From positions 64,001 to 128,000 of the forward strand of contig JAHJQN010000007.1 in assembly GCA_018819225.1 (NCBI GenBank): a stretch of DNA of 64,000 nucleotides, given 5' to 3'. The position numbers and the translations under genes were made by a program. Of this stretch, positions 9,174 to 19,644 are shown piece by piece. The notes below the pieces were generated by a model that saw nothing but the letters and a program-made list of their open reading frames with translations, searched no databases and had not been told where the DNA came from. Position 1 is the first letter of the stretch, and each line of letters opens with the position of its first letter. This DNA comes from Candidatus Micrarchaeota archaeon (GTDB lineage Archaea; Micrarchaeota; Micrarchaeia; Norongarragalinales; SBBD01).

Positions 9174-9428
9174 TTATTCGTCCCATCCCCGTTTCCAACG
9201 CATGATTTTAATCCGGTCCACTAGATTATTTTTTGGGATGCGCCGGTATATCCGGCTACGTCTTCCCACGCCAAAAATGCCCGCGAACGGTTTCTTTTTT
9301 ATTCTCTTGGAAGCCCGTCGCTTGATATTCTTTCTCGTCTTCTTTCCTCGTTTGACGACGCGCTTCACGCGGTGCGAAACACGTCTCGCAATTTGCCTCA
9401 CGGTTTTTTGGCTTCGCGTTCTTGCCAT
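9174..9428 (-). CDS. Very basic Arg/Lys-rich small protein abutting minD
   Basis: 84 aa, dense R/K runs; stop codon 1 nt from the minD ATG. Confidence 0.65.
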   Translation of the reverse strand: MARTRSQKTVRQIARRVSHRVKRVVKRGKKTRKNIKRRASKRIKKKPFAGIFGVGRRSRIYRRIPKNNLVDRIKIMRWKRGWDE

Positions 9429-9554
9429 GAATGCGTTTCACTATGCCCCTTTCGATTACCTCTTATCACTTCCCTCCAATATAAAGCTAACGCTGCCTCG
9501 TCATTAAAAAACAATAAAAGATAAAGAAACAAAGGGGAAGGCGTTACCCGTTCG

Positions 9555-11297
9555 TTACCTTCCCCTGCTCTTCATTTTAATTTTCTTCTTGCGCTTTCCG
9601 TGGAAGAACCACGCGCTCGCCACCGCAACCGCTCCCACGGCCGCGAGCATGAACGCGAAACTAAAGCTTTTCTTCCCGTTCTTGATTTCCGCGATTTCCG
9701 CTCGCGCTTGTTGGATCGCATTCACGGCTTCCTGCGGGTTGCTGGCAGCCATCGAACGCGTTCGCGCGGCGAGTTGCTCGTACGGCGTCTTCTCTTCCAT
9801 GTTTCCTAGTCCCTGAATTTCTTGTTCGAGCTCGTTTTGTACTGTTGAAGCCAACACGCTCCATCCGCCTGCTCCTTGTTGCATGTACTTCTTCGGCGTG
9901 GTCACCATCAACGGGCTTCCGCCGCTCGATGGTTTTCGGCAATTGAATTCCGCGATATCGAAGTTGTTCGTCTCATCCGATTCTTCGATTATCTGGGTGG
10001 TGTCGGCGGTTGCATTGACATAATACGTTCCTACTCCCGGACACCGGAACGCGTACGTATTCAATTCCGCGCCGACTAAGGGTTCTAGTGGGGGGATCTC
10101 CCAGAAATAAAATTCCAACTGTTGAGTTCCCTGGCCTAATGCCGACATGGTGAAACTCGTATCAGAAGCACCTTCCCCGTTATTTCGGGTGTTAATGCTA
10201 ATTGTTATGGTTTCTCCCACGTACGGATTGCTTTTACTAATACCGACATACGCCACCAAGTCGGGAAGCAGTTCCTCGTAAGAATAGACTCCCGTCCAAG
10301 CATACGCTTCTTGACCAAACGCGCCTGGGAATACGTTGCCTGTTGATACGTTTACGCCTTCCAGAATTGTCCACTTATATTCCTCGTTAACGACAACTCC
10401 GACGTACTGGCCTTGCGGGTTGTATACTTGATACATCGCACTTTCCCCGGATCCATTTCCTCCGGATCCGCTAATATCCACCAAAACCACTTGATAGTCG
10501 TTATCTGCAAATACTTGGTCTTGTATGAACAACTGGTACCAGCCATCTCCATAATGCGTATGATTTTGTCCCGAAGAGCACTCTACGCTTCCGTAAACGA
10601 AGTTGTTCGTTTCGTCGGATTCATTGACTTCAGTCCATGCATCTACCGTTACATTCACTCCGTACGTTCCCTCTTCGAGACAGGTAAAGTTATATGAGTT
10701 GTTTTGCCCTGCTCCCGGATTCAATGACGGGACGCTAAACAAGTGGGGGTGCCCATTTTGTTCAACGGAAAGCGTGTGGCTGGCTCCCGAAGCCCCTTCT
10801 CCGAGATTGCGGGTTAAAACATATGCGATAACCGTTTCTCCCACTATTGGGTTTGATTTACTAAACCCTAAATCCGGCACCAAGTCCGCCAGAGGTGCTC
10901 CTTGCGGGCCCGTGCAATTCAACGCAACTTGTCGATAATTATTTTGTTCTTGTGATTCTACCACTTCATTGAAGATATCCGCTTTAGCGCCAATCCAGAC
11001 GATTCCGGTTTGGTTACACGTATACGTTGAAGTATTCGTATTGTTTTGCCCGCTTATCAGTCCGTTGATTCGGAAATCTTGAATGGTCCCAAAATTCGAA
11101 TAGAGCCGCGTCGTGGATTGGCTCGCCCACGTGGTCCCGTTGTTTTCCGTTGTTACCCAGATGGTAACGGGTTCTCCAACCGGCGCCTCGTTCATGCTTA
11201 GACGCATATCCGAGACCACTAAATCCGGTTCCGCGCTGACGGATGCCGTTAACATCGTCATAATTAGGGTTCCTACAAACAGGCTCAACAAACGCAT
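9555..11297 (-). CDS. Surface protein with three CARDB/Ig-like repeats and C-terminal TM anchor
   Basis: Repeated P/ADLV...VGET...N.G...ESDETNN units; signal peptide; TM plus basic tail. Confidence 0.85.
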   Translation of the reverse strand: MRLLSLFVGTLIMTMLTASVSAEPDLVVSDMRLSMNEAPVGEPVTIWVTTENNGTTWASQSTTRLYSNFGTIQDFRINGLISGQNNTNTSTYTCNQTGIVWIGAKADIFNEVVESQEQNNYRQVALNCTGPQGAPLADLVPDLGFSKSNPIVGETVIAYVLTRNLGEGASGASHTLSVEQNGHPHLFSVPSLNPGAGQNNSYNFTCLEEGTYGVNVTVDAWTEVNESDETNNFVYGSVECSSGQNHTHYGDGWYQLFIQDQVFADNDYQVVLVDISGSGGNGSGESAMYQVYNPQGQYVGVVVNEEYKWTILEGVNVSTGNVFPGAFGQEAYAWTGVYSYEELLPDLVAYVGISKSNPYVGETITISINTRNNGEGASDTSFTMSALGQGTQQLEFYFWEIPPLEPLVGAELNTYAFRCPGVGTYYVNATADTTQIIEESDETNNFDIAEFNCRKPSSGGSPLMVTTPKKYMQQGAGGWSVLASTVQNELEQEIQGLGNMEEKTPYEQLAARTRSMAASNPQEAVNAIQQARAEIAEIKNGKKSFSFAFMLAAVGAVAVASAWFFHGKRKKKIKMKSRGR

Positions 11298-11409
11298 GCG
11301 ATCACCTTTCTTGTGAAACTGGGTTAATTCAATGCTTTTTAATCCTATTTAAACTTATTTAATTTCGTTTCATTCGATTTAATAAGTTATTTTTCCTCGA
11401 TGTTTTCAC

Positions 11410-11482
11410 GGGCCTGTAGTCGAGTGGTTAAGACGTCGCTTTTACACAGCGAAGATCCGGAGTTCGATTCTCCGCGGGCCCA
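11410..11482 (+). tRNA. tRNA-Val(TAC), no intron
   Basis: GGGCCTG/CGGGCCC acceptor; TCGCT-TTTACAC-AGCGA; GTTCGATTC. Confidence 0.95.
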
Positions 11483-11558
11483 TTAACGTTGCATTATTTT
11501 TCGTTGAAGTCAATTCGTCGAAAAGAATTCAATGCACGCCTTCGATGTTTGATGGGGT

Positions 11559-14500
11559 TTACGCTTGCTCGTTCTCCGTTGCCTGCGTTCCATCCTCTGG
11601 GCTTCCCTCTTCTTGCGCTTCCCGTGACTCATCCGTTTTATTAGACGAATGCATCGTCGAGGAATAGTAGACGGCGCCTGCAATGATGGCGAGTGCTGCA
11701 AATCCAGCCAACCATACGTTGAAAGACGCCTTATTTTGACGCGCTTTCGCGAGCAAGACCGTCACTTTCTCTTTCGCTTTCATCCACAACGTCTTCGCTT
11801 CTTCTTTTTGCCCCGATTCCTCCAAGTCCTTTGCCTGCGTAATCATTTGGTGCGCTTCCTGCGTTTCAATATCCTCCGATGGAAGCTCAAGCAATGCGGC
11901 CTCAACTTCTTCGTTTGTCAAAGGCACTTCCACGAAAACAATGGGTGTTTCCGGAGTGGGTGACGGCTTTAGCGTTGCGGTAACTTCGGGTGTTGGCGTC
12001 CAGTACGCGCCTCCTCCGTTACCATTTCCTCCTCCGGGATTAGGAGGTTGTGTTACGATCGGGGTCGGGGACGCGCTAGGTGTTGGGGATGCCGTTGGAC
12101 TCGGCGTAGGCGACGGAATAACGCACTCGCCAACGCAACAGCGATCGGAATCCCCTGACGGCACCCAATTCCCGTTGCATTGCTCGTTCGAGCCGCACTC
12201 ATTTCCTCCTTGCTCCTCGCAAGTCGGCAATGGGACGCTCGTAATGATGAACGTTCCTCCCCCGTCACTACCGAAACCCAATACGTTGGACTTACCGAGA
12301 ACCACTATTCCTGCTTGCAGAACGTTTCCGTCGCGCGAAACCGAGTACACTCCGGGTGAGAGGTCGGCGACGAAGTGTTTGATTTGTCCGATGCCGCCTG
12401 GAAGCGTGTATGCCGCTGAAGAGTATAACCTTTCCTGCTTTCCGAACAACGCTGCGTACCGCGTGTTCTGGCTCGTGACCTGCACTCCCGCGAACTCGGT
12501 CGCGTCAATGGGTTCGACGCTCGAAGGAGCAGCAGCCATATCCGTTGGTTCGAGGACGGATAGAAATACTTCTTCCTCGTTGCTTTGCTCTGGCTCCACC
12601 TCAATTCTCCACAAGCCAGGTATTCCATCCTCCCATGCCAGTTCCCCCCACCCACTAACACTGGTCGTGAGGTTCATCGCATAATTTGTTTCACTTTCTC
12701 GGAAGTAATAGTCGAAGGACTCGTCCGAGTCGAATCGCACGCGGACGATTTCCGTTCCCTCGGGGTAGCTCGACGATCCCAGCGCGTGCTTGAATGTTAC
12801 GCTTCCGGTTCCCACGCTTTCAACTCTACGCACTTGCGTGTTTTGTACGGCTTGATCGAGGTAACTAAACAGGATCGTGTCGCCGGCCTGAACGTTTTGC
12901 GTGGAGTTGACTTGAATGGTCAGCATTCCTCCGGAGGCAGGCGCCATCAAACGCATTGCGGTCTCGGGTCGGCCGTCATATCCTCCGACGCGGAGTAATC
13001 TGCGCTGCAGGGGGAAGATAACATGCGTATACAACCTACTGGCTCCGACATCCCAGTACGTCCCTGACGCGCTCGTCGACCATTCGCCTGGCGTTCCTCC
13101 TCGGGCTCCGGGATGCGCGGGCGTTCCTCCATTGAATGTTCCATCGATCAATTCCGGGGATTCCAGGGAACGCGAGTGGAGAACAAAACTCTTTTTGAAC
13201 GACGGGTCCGCGACCTTTACCCGGTCAAGAATTGCGAGGTAGGCGTCTCCCAGCATGACGAACTGCCTAGTTGAGTAATTGACTGCCCATCCCAGAGGCC
13301 ATCCTCCTGGTCCGTCCACGGAATACGGCCAGTTGGGGTAGCTAAACGTCGTATTCATAAACACGTACCCGTAGTCCCCGCGGCTATCCGAGAATCGTTC
13401 GACGCCTCCATTCCAACACTTCATGTTCAAACGGTCTTCCAGAAACTGGTTTCCGCATCGGCGAGTCGACGGACTCGGCGGCACGTCGTAGTCGTGAAAC
13501 TGGATTCCTTCGCGAGCCATGTTGGTGTTTCCGCCGACGGGATACGCGGACTGCGGGTCAGCGATCAGCATGGTGTTGAAGGCGATACTCTTCGAATTGA
13601 AGAATTTGTTGTGCGGCGTGGACGTGTGTTCGTAAAAGCCGGCGGAAGTCGTCAATGCGTCCACTCCCCGGAATACCGCGAAGTGTCCGGTGTTCCAGCC
13701 GTGGTCGTGTCCTCCTGAGAACGGTCCGCCGAAAACGGGGACGAGGAGCGAGTCCGCAGTCATTGCTCCGAATTGGAAGTCGGAGCGCAGAAAAGAAAAC
13801 TTGGAGGAATCCAAATCCGCATGCGTCAAATCGCCTAAATGGAGCGCGTGCTCCAGCGCCTGGTCCGGGTCCTCGCGAGAAAGCATCTTATCCAAAAATA
13901 CGATATAGCGCCATCCGTCGCTTTTGAACTTCTCGTACTGGCCGCCTTGTGCTTCAGGCATCAACGCCTTGTCAACAAACCATAACGCCCATCCTTGATT
14001 GAACGCCGTGCCGTACATGCCTGCCAGCATCACGTAATCCCGGAGAATGTATCCGAATGATTCCCCGTCCCCGGTCTGGTCCGAGGAGCGAAAGTCATCG
14101 CGCGCGGAATACACGGTCCACCGGGCCACGTTTCGGAAATGGTTGGGAGCCAAGTCGAAGAAATTCGTATTCAATGCAATGGAGTTGAATGCGAACGCCA
14201 AGTCCCCGTCCTGAAGCCCTGACCGGTGCAAGTACCCGCTATATCCCCCGTAGTTGATCGCATCAAGCACCCTCAAATCCTCCATCTTGTAATTGTACGA
14301 GTCAATGAGAAGGTTAACGAACGCCTGGTCCGTGTCTATCCCCGCATCTTCATACAACAGCAAGGACATCAACAATACGGGGTTGCATGCTTGTCCGCCG
14401 GTCGACCCGAAATGCGATCCGGGTTTGTCGCACTGCCCATTTCCCTCGTTATAAAAATCGTTTTCAGCACGCAGCCAAGCCGCATACTCTTCCAACAAAC

Positions 14501-14993
14501 CAGGATCGCGCTCCTGCAAATACTCGTACATGAAGTCGTAGGCGATCGCATGCGTCAAATAATACCATTCGCGATTGTCCGAACGATACCAGTTGTTGTC
14601 CTCTAACGGCTGCGTGGCAACAATGTTTTGAATATACGCGACCACTCGCTGCGCATAGGATTCCGCACTCGCAGGATCCGCGTCTTTCAAGAGCAGGTAC
14701 ACGATAGCCCACTGTTCTTTTCTTCCATGTGGTCCGTCGGCGGTCTCTCGCAGCAACGCGTATTGTTGAGCATGCGTCTGCCACTGCGCTTGTTGTCCTT
14801 GGGGGCAATCGGTTTGCAAGCCGATTCCAGCCCGGCACCTCCAAAGCGCCAGATTGGTCTCTACCCCAAACAGTTTGGGGTGCCCGGCCTTGAACTGCAA
14901 ATCAATTTCCGGAACGTATGCCTCGTACGTAACCGCTTGCACGACTGCAGACAGGAGAAACAACGCTAACAAGGACGCAGGAACGGCTCGCAT
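11559..14993 (-). CDS. Membrane-anchored heparinase II/III-like polysaccharide lyase
   Basis: Signal peptide, helical N-domain, GGHDHGWNTGHFAVFRG, SIAFNTMLI, RQFV...ILDRV; PT linker; C-terminal TM. Confidence 0.7.
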   Translation of the reverse strand: MRAVPASLLALFLLSAVVQAVTYEAYVPEIDLQFKAGHPKLFGVETNLALWRCRAGIGLQTDCPQGQQAQWQTHAQQYALLRETADGPHGRKEQWAIVYLLLKDADPASAESYAQRVVAYIQNIVATQPLEDNNWYRSDNREWYYLTHAIAYDFMYEYLQERDPGLLEEYAAWLRAENDFYNEGNGQCDKPGSHFGSTGGQACNPVLLMSLLLYEDAGIDTDQAFVNLLIDSYNYKMEDLRVLDAINYGGYSGYLHRSGLQDGDLAFAFNSIALNTNFFDLAPNHFRNVARWTVYSARDDFRSSDQTGDGESFGYILRDYVMLAGMYGTAFNQGWALWFVDKALMPEAQGGQYEKFKSDGWRYIVFLDKMLSREDPDQALEHALHLGDLTHADLDSSKFSFLRSDFQFGAMTADSLLVPVFGGPFSGGHDHGWNTGHFAVFRGVDALTTSAGFYEHTSTPHNKFFNSKSIAFNTMLIADPQSAYPVGGNTNMAREGIQFHDYDVPPSPSTRRCGNQFLEDRLNMKCWNGGVERFSDSRGDYGYVFMNTTFSYPNWPYSVDGPGGWPLGWAVNYSTRQFVMLGDAYLAILDRVKVADPSFKKSFVLHSRSLESPELIDGTFNGGTPAHPGARGGTPGEWSTSASGTYWDVGASRLYTHVIFPLQRRLLRVGGYDGRPETAMRLMAPASGGMLTIQVNSTQNVQAGDTILFSYLDQAVQNTQVRRVESVGTGSVTFKHALGSSSYPEGTEIVRVRFDSDESFDYYFRESETNYAMNLTTSVSGWGELAWEDGIPGLWRIEVEPEQSNEEEVFLSVLEPTDMAAAPSSVEPIDATEFAGVQVTSQNTRYAALFGKQERLYSSAAYTLPGGIGQIKHFVADLSPGVYSVSRDGNVLQAGIVVLGKSNVLGFGSDGGGTFIITSVPLPTCEEQGGNECGSNEQCNGNWVPSGDSDRCCVGECVIPSPTPSPTASPTPSASPTPIVTQPPNPGGGNGNGGGAYWTPTPEVTATLKPSPTPETPIVFVEVPLTNEEVEAALLELPSEDIETQEAHQMITQAKDLEESGQKEEAKTLWMKAKEKVTVLLAKARQNKASFNVWLAGFAALAIIAGAVYYSSTMHSSNKTDESREAQEEGSPEDGTQATENEQA

Positions 14994-15174
14994 ATTAAAC
15001 GCATGTGAACTGACTATATATATTTCTATTTATTTTCCTCCAATCGACTCGCGCGTTTTAGTTGAAGGGCGTTTCAGCTTCACTTACGCTCCAGTGATTT
15101 TAACCAACGCGCCTTTCCCCATTAGCAAGAAATCGGTTACAAACCATTTAATACCGCTCTTCAGTTCTTGTTTC

Positions 15175-16818
15175 ATGCGTTACCTTCGCAAGCGCCGTGC
15201 GTTCATCGCCGCCCCGTTAGTGGGCACCATGATCTTCTTGATCAGCCTCATGCTCATCATCGCCATCAATCGCGCGGAATCCGCGCGCGTCGACGAAATC
15301 GTTTCCCAAGCCTACCACAACCGCCTGGTTTCCCTCGTGGAAATTTTCCGTTCGGATTTGGGCAGCAACTTCAATCTCGGCCTTCAGAACACGATCGAGT
15401 ACGGTCTGACCTCGCAATGCTGGTTCAATTTGGCGAACCTGCGCACGGAAGCCTCGTATTCTGATGCGCTCGGTACTGTTATTTATCCTGTAGAGGTCGA
15501 TTTTGATGGTTCGGGAGGCGTTCCCGTCAATGCCGATACGCTTTGGCTCGACAATTACTTCCCTCCAGGAGATGACCGTTTGTCAGAAGCCGAGGAGCGC
15601 TACCACGTCTGCAGACGTTTCAAGAACATCATCCGCCAAGTCGTTTGCCCTTCCGTTACCGGCATGCAGGGACTCCCGCAGTGGGTGAGCACGTTCAGTC
15701 AAACGGTCTCGTTTGAAGGCATCCATTTCGAGATTGCAAATGTCGATTCCATTGATCAGTTCCAAGTACCCCCCAGCGGAGGCGCTGGCAGCACGTGCTA
15801 CCAACTCGTTCAATCCAGCACGTTCGATTGCAGGAACTTTGCTATCAAGGGTACGGACCCCGCTTCTTCCCACGATGAACGGTTCAAATGTTGCGAGATC
15901 GGTTCTCAAAATTCGCTTACTGGAGACTGCACTGATGCAGACAGCGACGGTTCCGTTGATTATTTACCGACCGGTTCCTGTACGAACGGCAATTTCATGG
16001 TGCCCATCGACATCGTTAACCTTAACGTGTTTCAATATCTTCCCCGAATCCAGGCAACGGATAACGCCGGCAACATCATTCGCGCGGGCGCCATTGCCGA
16101 CGAATCGTTTCAAGCCTCCGTAAACTATCCCCTCTTCAAATATTTGGATGCGGCATTTATTTTCAACCGTTATTTCGCTTACGGTCCTTCGGGAACCAAG
16201 CCCTCTAACAATCAGCCTGTTGCCACTGGAATCAACCGCGGCGTGTTATTCGGGGCGTGTGACGGCAACGGCGATCATGCCAACTACGGTTGCGACACCT
16301 TAAGTAAATTCTCGGGAATGCCAAACCCTCTGAATTTCCGCGTCAACACCGACGCCAATGCCGACGCCATAAAAGCGCAAACCATTGAAGCGTTTTACAA
16401 ACCCACGGGCATGCTCCAAACGGCGTGCGGTGCCGTTGCCGCTAATCCCTATAATTTGGATACGCGTTTCTGTATTGGTTCCACGTCTGCAGACGGCTGC
16501 ATGGATATAACTTCTCAGAACCCCAATCTCTACTTCATTGCCCCTAATCATCCCGATTTGAAGGAATGCACGGATTTTGCCGGTGTCACCGTAGCGAATC
16601 TTGGCGTATTCTCTGCATTTCCTTCATATATTGATACGCAGTTCCAGATCATTTCAGATCTTTGCGGAAGTCATGGGAGTAATCCGCAGTATTGCGCAGA
16701 CATTGAGCGCATGAGCCGCGGCGTCCTGTTCTTTGACCAACAATCCGAGAACTGGGTGGATGCATTCGTTCCCAATACGTTCTGCTGGTTTTCAGGCGTC
16801 TCGTTCGATCCTCCTTAA
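15175..16818 (+). CDS. Cys-rich exported protein with pilin-like (class III) N-terminus
   Basis: MRYLRKRRA|FIAAPLVGTMIFLISL followed by a Cys-rich extracellular region. Confidence 0.6.
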   Translation: MRYLRKRRAFIAAPLVGTMIFLISLMLIIAINRAESARVDEIVSQAYHNRLVSLVEIFRSDLGSNFNLGLQNTIEYGLTSQCWFNLANLRTEASYSDALGTVIYPVEVDFDGSGGVPVNADTLWLDNYFPPGDDRLSEAEERYHVCRRFKNIIRQVVCPSVTGMQGLPQWVSTFSQTVSFEGIHFEIANVDSIDQFQVPPSGGAGSTCYQLVQSSTFDCRNFAIKGTDPASSHDERFKCCEIGSQNSLTGDCTDADSDGSVDYLPTGSCTNGNFMVPIDIVNLNVFQYLPRIQATDNAGNIIRAGAIADESFQASVNYPLFKYLDAAFIFNRYFAYGPSGTKPSNNQPVATGINRGVLFGACDGNGDHANYGCDTLSKFSGMPNPLNFRVNTDANADAIKAQTIEAFYKPTGMLQTACGAVAANPYNLDTRFCIGSTSADGCMDITSQNPNLYFIAPNHPDLKECTDFAGVTVANLGVFSAFPSYIDTQFQIISDLCGSHGSNPQYCADIERMSRGVLFFDQQSENWVDAFVPNTFCWFSGVSFDPP

Positions 16819-17288
16819 TTCACAACCATGCTTCTCAAGGCAATCAACACGACAGTCAGCAGCAATCCCGCTGCAAAAAACTTGAACGCGCCTCCCCAAT
16901 TCACGAAAACGGTTTCCTTTCCTCCAAAATCCCGCAGCACGCCTTGCCCCAACAATATGGCGGCATACGCGCCGAGGAGTTGCGGTATAACGAATACGTA
17001 ATCGTAAGCATGAACGGTTCCGGTTGAAAGCAGGCTCCCGAATTTTGCCCCTTCCAATCCCATGGCGATGGGCGCGCTCAACCCAAAGAACAACATGGAA
17101 AACAGGAACACGAAGAAGAACGCGTTCAATGTGCTTACCCAATCCCCTGCCTGAAACGCGTACGGCGGGTGAAAGGTTACGGCGGGGTTTTCAAGGAACG
17201 TCATGCTTCCCAAGTCAAAATTGCTGTAGGCGACGAACGTGGTTCCGATGACGAGTGCGAGAACGGATAGGATCGCCAAGAGGTTCAT
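16815..17288 (-). CDS. Integral membrane protein (SpoIIM-like)
   Basis: 4-5 TM segments; FVIPQLLGAYAA..LG. Confidence 0.55.
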   Translation of the reverse strand: MNLLAILSVLALVIGTTFVAYSNFDLGSMTFLENPAVTFHPPYAFQAGDWVSTLNAFFFVFLFSMLFFGLSAPIAMGLEGAKFGSLLSTGTVHAYDYVFVIPQLLGAYAAILLGQGVLRDFGGKETVFVNWGGAFKFFAAGLLLTVVLIALRSMVVN

Positions 17289-17338
17289 ACGTTCTTTCTT
17301 CCTCTCCCGCGGCTTAAATGCTTTTCTCTCTCCCCGAA

Positions 17339-18025
17339 TTAGTAAACGATTTCCTTGAGCCGCTTCTTGATTTCATCCAAGCTCAGTTTCGTGATCAGCA
17401 ACGGTATGCCTTCGCTTTCCGCGATCTTGACTGCGAGCTTGTCCACTTCAGTCACGCCGTGCAGGATAATGACCGCTGGTTTGATGGGGGTGACGCGCAC
17501 CGCGATCATGGGGCTTCTTCCCGTGGACACATGCATGAAGATGAGCGCCCGCTCCGAGGTTCCGCTGTAGATTTTGATGAAGCTTTCGTACGGGAGTTCG
17601 AGAATCATCTTGATGCTGTCCAGAATCGTGCACCCGAAGATGTTGCGCTGTCCGAGTTTGTCTCCTACTGCAATCACTTTCGCTTCCATCATTTTACAGA
17701 ATTCTTTCGCGTTCACGGGTTTCAGGAAGTCAATGGCCTCGTAAAGCGCCTTGGTGTCCTCCACTTCCCGGAATTTTTTCGTGACTTCCCCGCCTTTCTG
17801 TGAATCAATTTCAAACAATGCATCGACGAACCGCCGGACTACCGCGATTCCCGGGCTTTTTCTGCGGTTGCTCTCGTAATCGCTGATCGTGGACGGCGAA
17901 ATTTTCAGGTAGTGGGACAACTCGGTTTGCGAGGTTCCAAACACTTCCCTCCATTTTTTCATGGTGCTGCCGGGGTCTTTCGATAGCGAGATTTCTCCGG
18001 CGATTTTAATTTTCAGGCTTTCCAT
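17339..18025 (-). CDS. XRE-HTH transcriptional regulator with DRTGG-like domain (COG1709-like)
   Basis: IAGEI..S..PG.TMKKWRE, SPSTISDYES.RRKSPG, STGRSPMIAVRV. Confidence 0.88.
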   Translation of the reverse strand: MESLKIKIAGEISLSKDPGSTMKKWREVFGTSQTELSHYLKISPSTISDYESNRRKSPGIAVVRRFVDALFEIDSQKGGEVTKKFREVEDTKALYEAIDFLKPVNAKEFCKMMEAKVIAVGDKLGQRNIFGCTILDSIKMILELPYESFIKIYSGTSERALIFMHVSTGRSPMIAVRVTPIKPAVIILHGVTEVDKLAVKIAESEGIPLLITKLSLDEIKKRLKEIVY

Positions 18026-18093
18026 GCACTTCCTTTTTTCCGTTTCCCCTTAAAAAGACTTTGCTTCTTGTCGAAATCCAGTTCGTCATTCTT

Positions 18094-18606
18094 TTATAGT
18101 CGTTTGGTTGGCAGTCGAAACAGGCGCAATTTAGGCGTGTCCGCTGCCCCGATTTCTTGGGCTCCCCGCATGCGATAATACCTATGCAGTTTCGCATCGA
18201 GAGCATCGACATGAAAGTATGCATGCGAAAACTGTCGCGAAATACCTTCCCGTTTCACTGCTTCCAGCAACGCCCTTCCCGCGTTCGACCCTTCTTTTAC
18301 GGCTAATGCGTGGAAAAAGAAATGCGGTCCCTTTCTCCCTTTGAGTTCGCGTTCTTCAGCTGCCACGAATCCCACGACCGCGCCTTCCGTTTCCGCCACA
18401 AATCCCTTGACTCCTTCGCGCGCTAAGATATTTCGCGCTTCATCCGCTCCAGTAACCTTCCGATACCTTCCATTTTTTGGATCCGGCCTAAACACCTCAA
18501 TCTCTACATGCAATTTGCGTCTCATCGCCCTCAATCTCGGGAGTCTGAAACTCAACAATTTCCCGATTTCTTCCGCGTCTGCTCCGGTCGCTTCCCGTAT
18601 TTGCAT
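18094..18606 (-). CDS. GNAT acetyltransferase
   Basis: IREAT..D, FVAE..G.VVGF, LAV, GRALLEAV, YYR..G. Confidence 0.75.
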   Translation of the reverse strand: MQIREATGADAEEIGKLLSFRLPRLRAMRRKLHVEIEVFRPDPKNGRYRKVTGADEARNILAREGVKGFVAETEGAVVGFVAAEERELKGRKGPHFFFHALAVKEGSNAGRALLEAVKREGISRQFSHAYFHVDALDAKLHRYYRMRGAQEIGAADTPKLRLFRLPTKRL

Positions 18607-18618
18607 ATTGCGTATTCC

Positions 18619-19572
18619 CTACTGTTTCAACGGAGACGAATGCCCTTCTTCTTTAAACTCGATGAGATTGCTTCCAATCTCCATCAAATCCTCGGAATAC
18701 TCCGTAATCGCTTGCAATCGTTCCAATACGCCTTTCATTGCAATGGCATGACCGGCTTTCCGGCCATCCTTCATTAACGATTCCGTGGCCCGCTCCAGTT
18801 TTTCCTCCAATTGTTTCACGGCCACAAACCCTTTTTCAAAGTGTTTGCGCAAAAACAATGCCTCAAACCCGCTCCGGTAAACGGATTCCGCGTCATTCAA
18901 TAGCTTCAATACGTTCGGGTTCGGTGCGATGCTCTTTCCTTCCTCGCACGCCAGCTCCAACATATCCGCAATGTCTTCCAATGTTTTCGCAGCCAGTGTT
19001 TTATTCAACGCATCGTGCAAACTACCTTCCTCTTTGTGAGCGCTTCGCAACACCAGAAAATACAATCGGTCGGCTTCCTGTTCCCGACGCCTGATTTCCT
19101 CCAACCCCATCACGCGGCCCTCGAAAAACGCGTTCGCCGAATCAAACATGGCCAATACAACGGAATACAACCTGCGAATCGACTTATCCGTCGTAAACAC
19201 TTCTCCTTTGTGAAACACCTGCAGCTTGACCTCGTCACCCGCCACTTCCATGATTTCAAGCGCGCTTAAACGCAGCCTCGCTTCTTCACTTACCGCTGCC
19301 GCTAACGCTCCCTTTACTATGAGCGTATCAACCCCACTCACGTACGCGGCAATCACGTGCCTCAACGCGTTCTCTTCGTCGGTTCCCGTGTTAACGAGCC
19401 GCGTTTCCCGAACGGTTTTCCGAGAAGTCCGCATCGTCAAACTGCCGTCTGGATTCTCCCAAACATACGCGGGGCTTCCCGCGTTCAACCCCCGTGCCTC
19501 CGCCCATTTCTTCGGTAATGAAACGGTGAACGTACTCCCGCCTGTTTTCTGCACCCTACGAATATTTTCCAT
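18619..19572 (-). CDS. phoU: Phosphate uptake regulator (AbrB-like N-domain + PhoU domains)
   Basis: RRVQKTGGSTFTVSLPKKW, EADRLYFLVLR, LEDIAD. Confidence 0.9.
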   Translation of the reverse strand: MENIRRVQKTGGSTFTVSLPKKWAEARGLNAGSPAYVWENPDGSLTMRTSRKTVRETRLVNTGTDEENALRHVIAAYVSGVDTLIVKGALAAAVSEEARLRLSALEIMEVAGDEVKLQVFHKGEVFTTDKSIRRLYSVVLAMFDSANAFFEGRVMGLEEIRRREQEADRLYFLVLRSAHKEEGSLHDALNKTLAAKTLEDIADMLELACEEGKSIAPNPNVLKLLNDAESVYRSGFEALFLRKHFEKGFVAVKQLEEKLERATESLMKDGRKAGHAIAMKGVLERLQAITEYSEDLMEIGSNLIEFKEEGHSSPLKQ

Positions 19573-19590
19573 AAAATCCCCCAACCCATT

Positions 19591-19623
19591 CTATATATAT
19601 TATGGAGAAAAACTATATATATT
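19591..19623. promoter_or_regulatory. Direct repeat CTATATATATT (22-bp spacing), promoter/operator of phoU and the divergent RNA
   Basis: Copies at 19591 and 19613; related CTATATA copies at 19907 and 19926. Confidence 0.5.
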
Positions 19624-19644
19624 GCTTACTCTGAAAAGACTACT

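Noticed and set aside
14854-15174. N-terminal extensions in the ORF track (also 22964, 26893, 27132, 29396, 35408)
   Set aside because: They overlap other genes or a tRNA; homology and SD positions favour downstream starts
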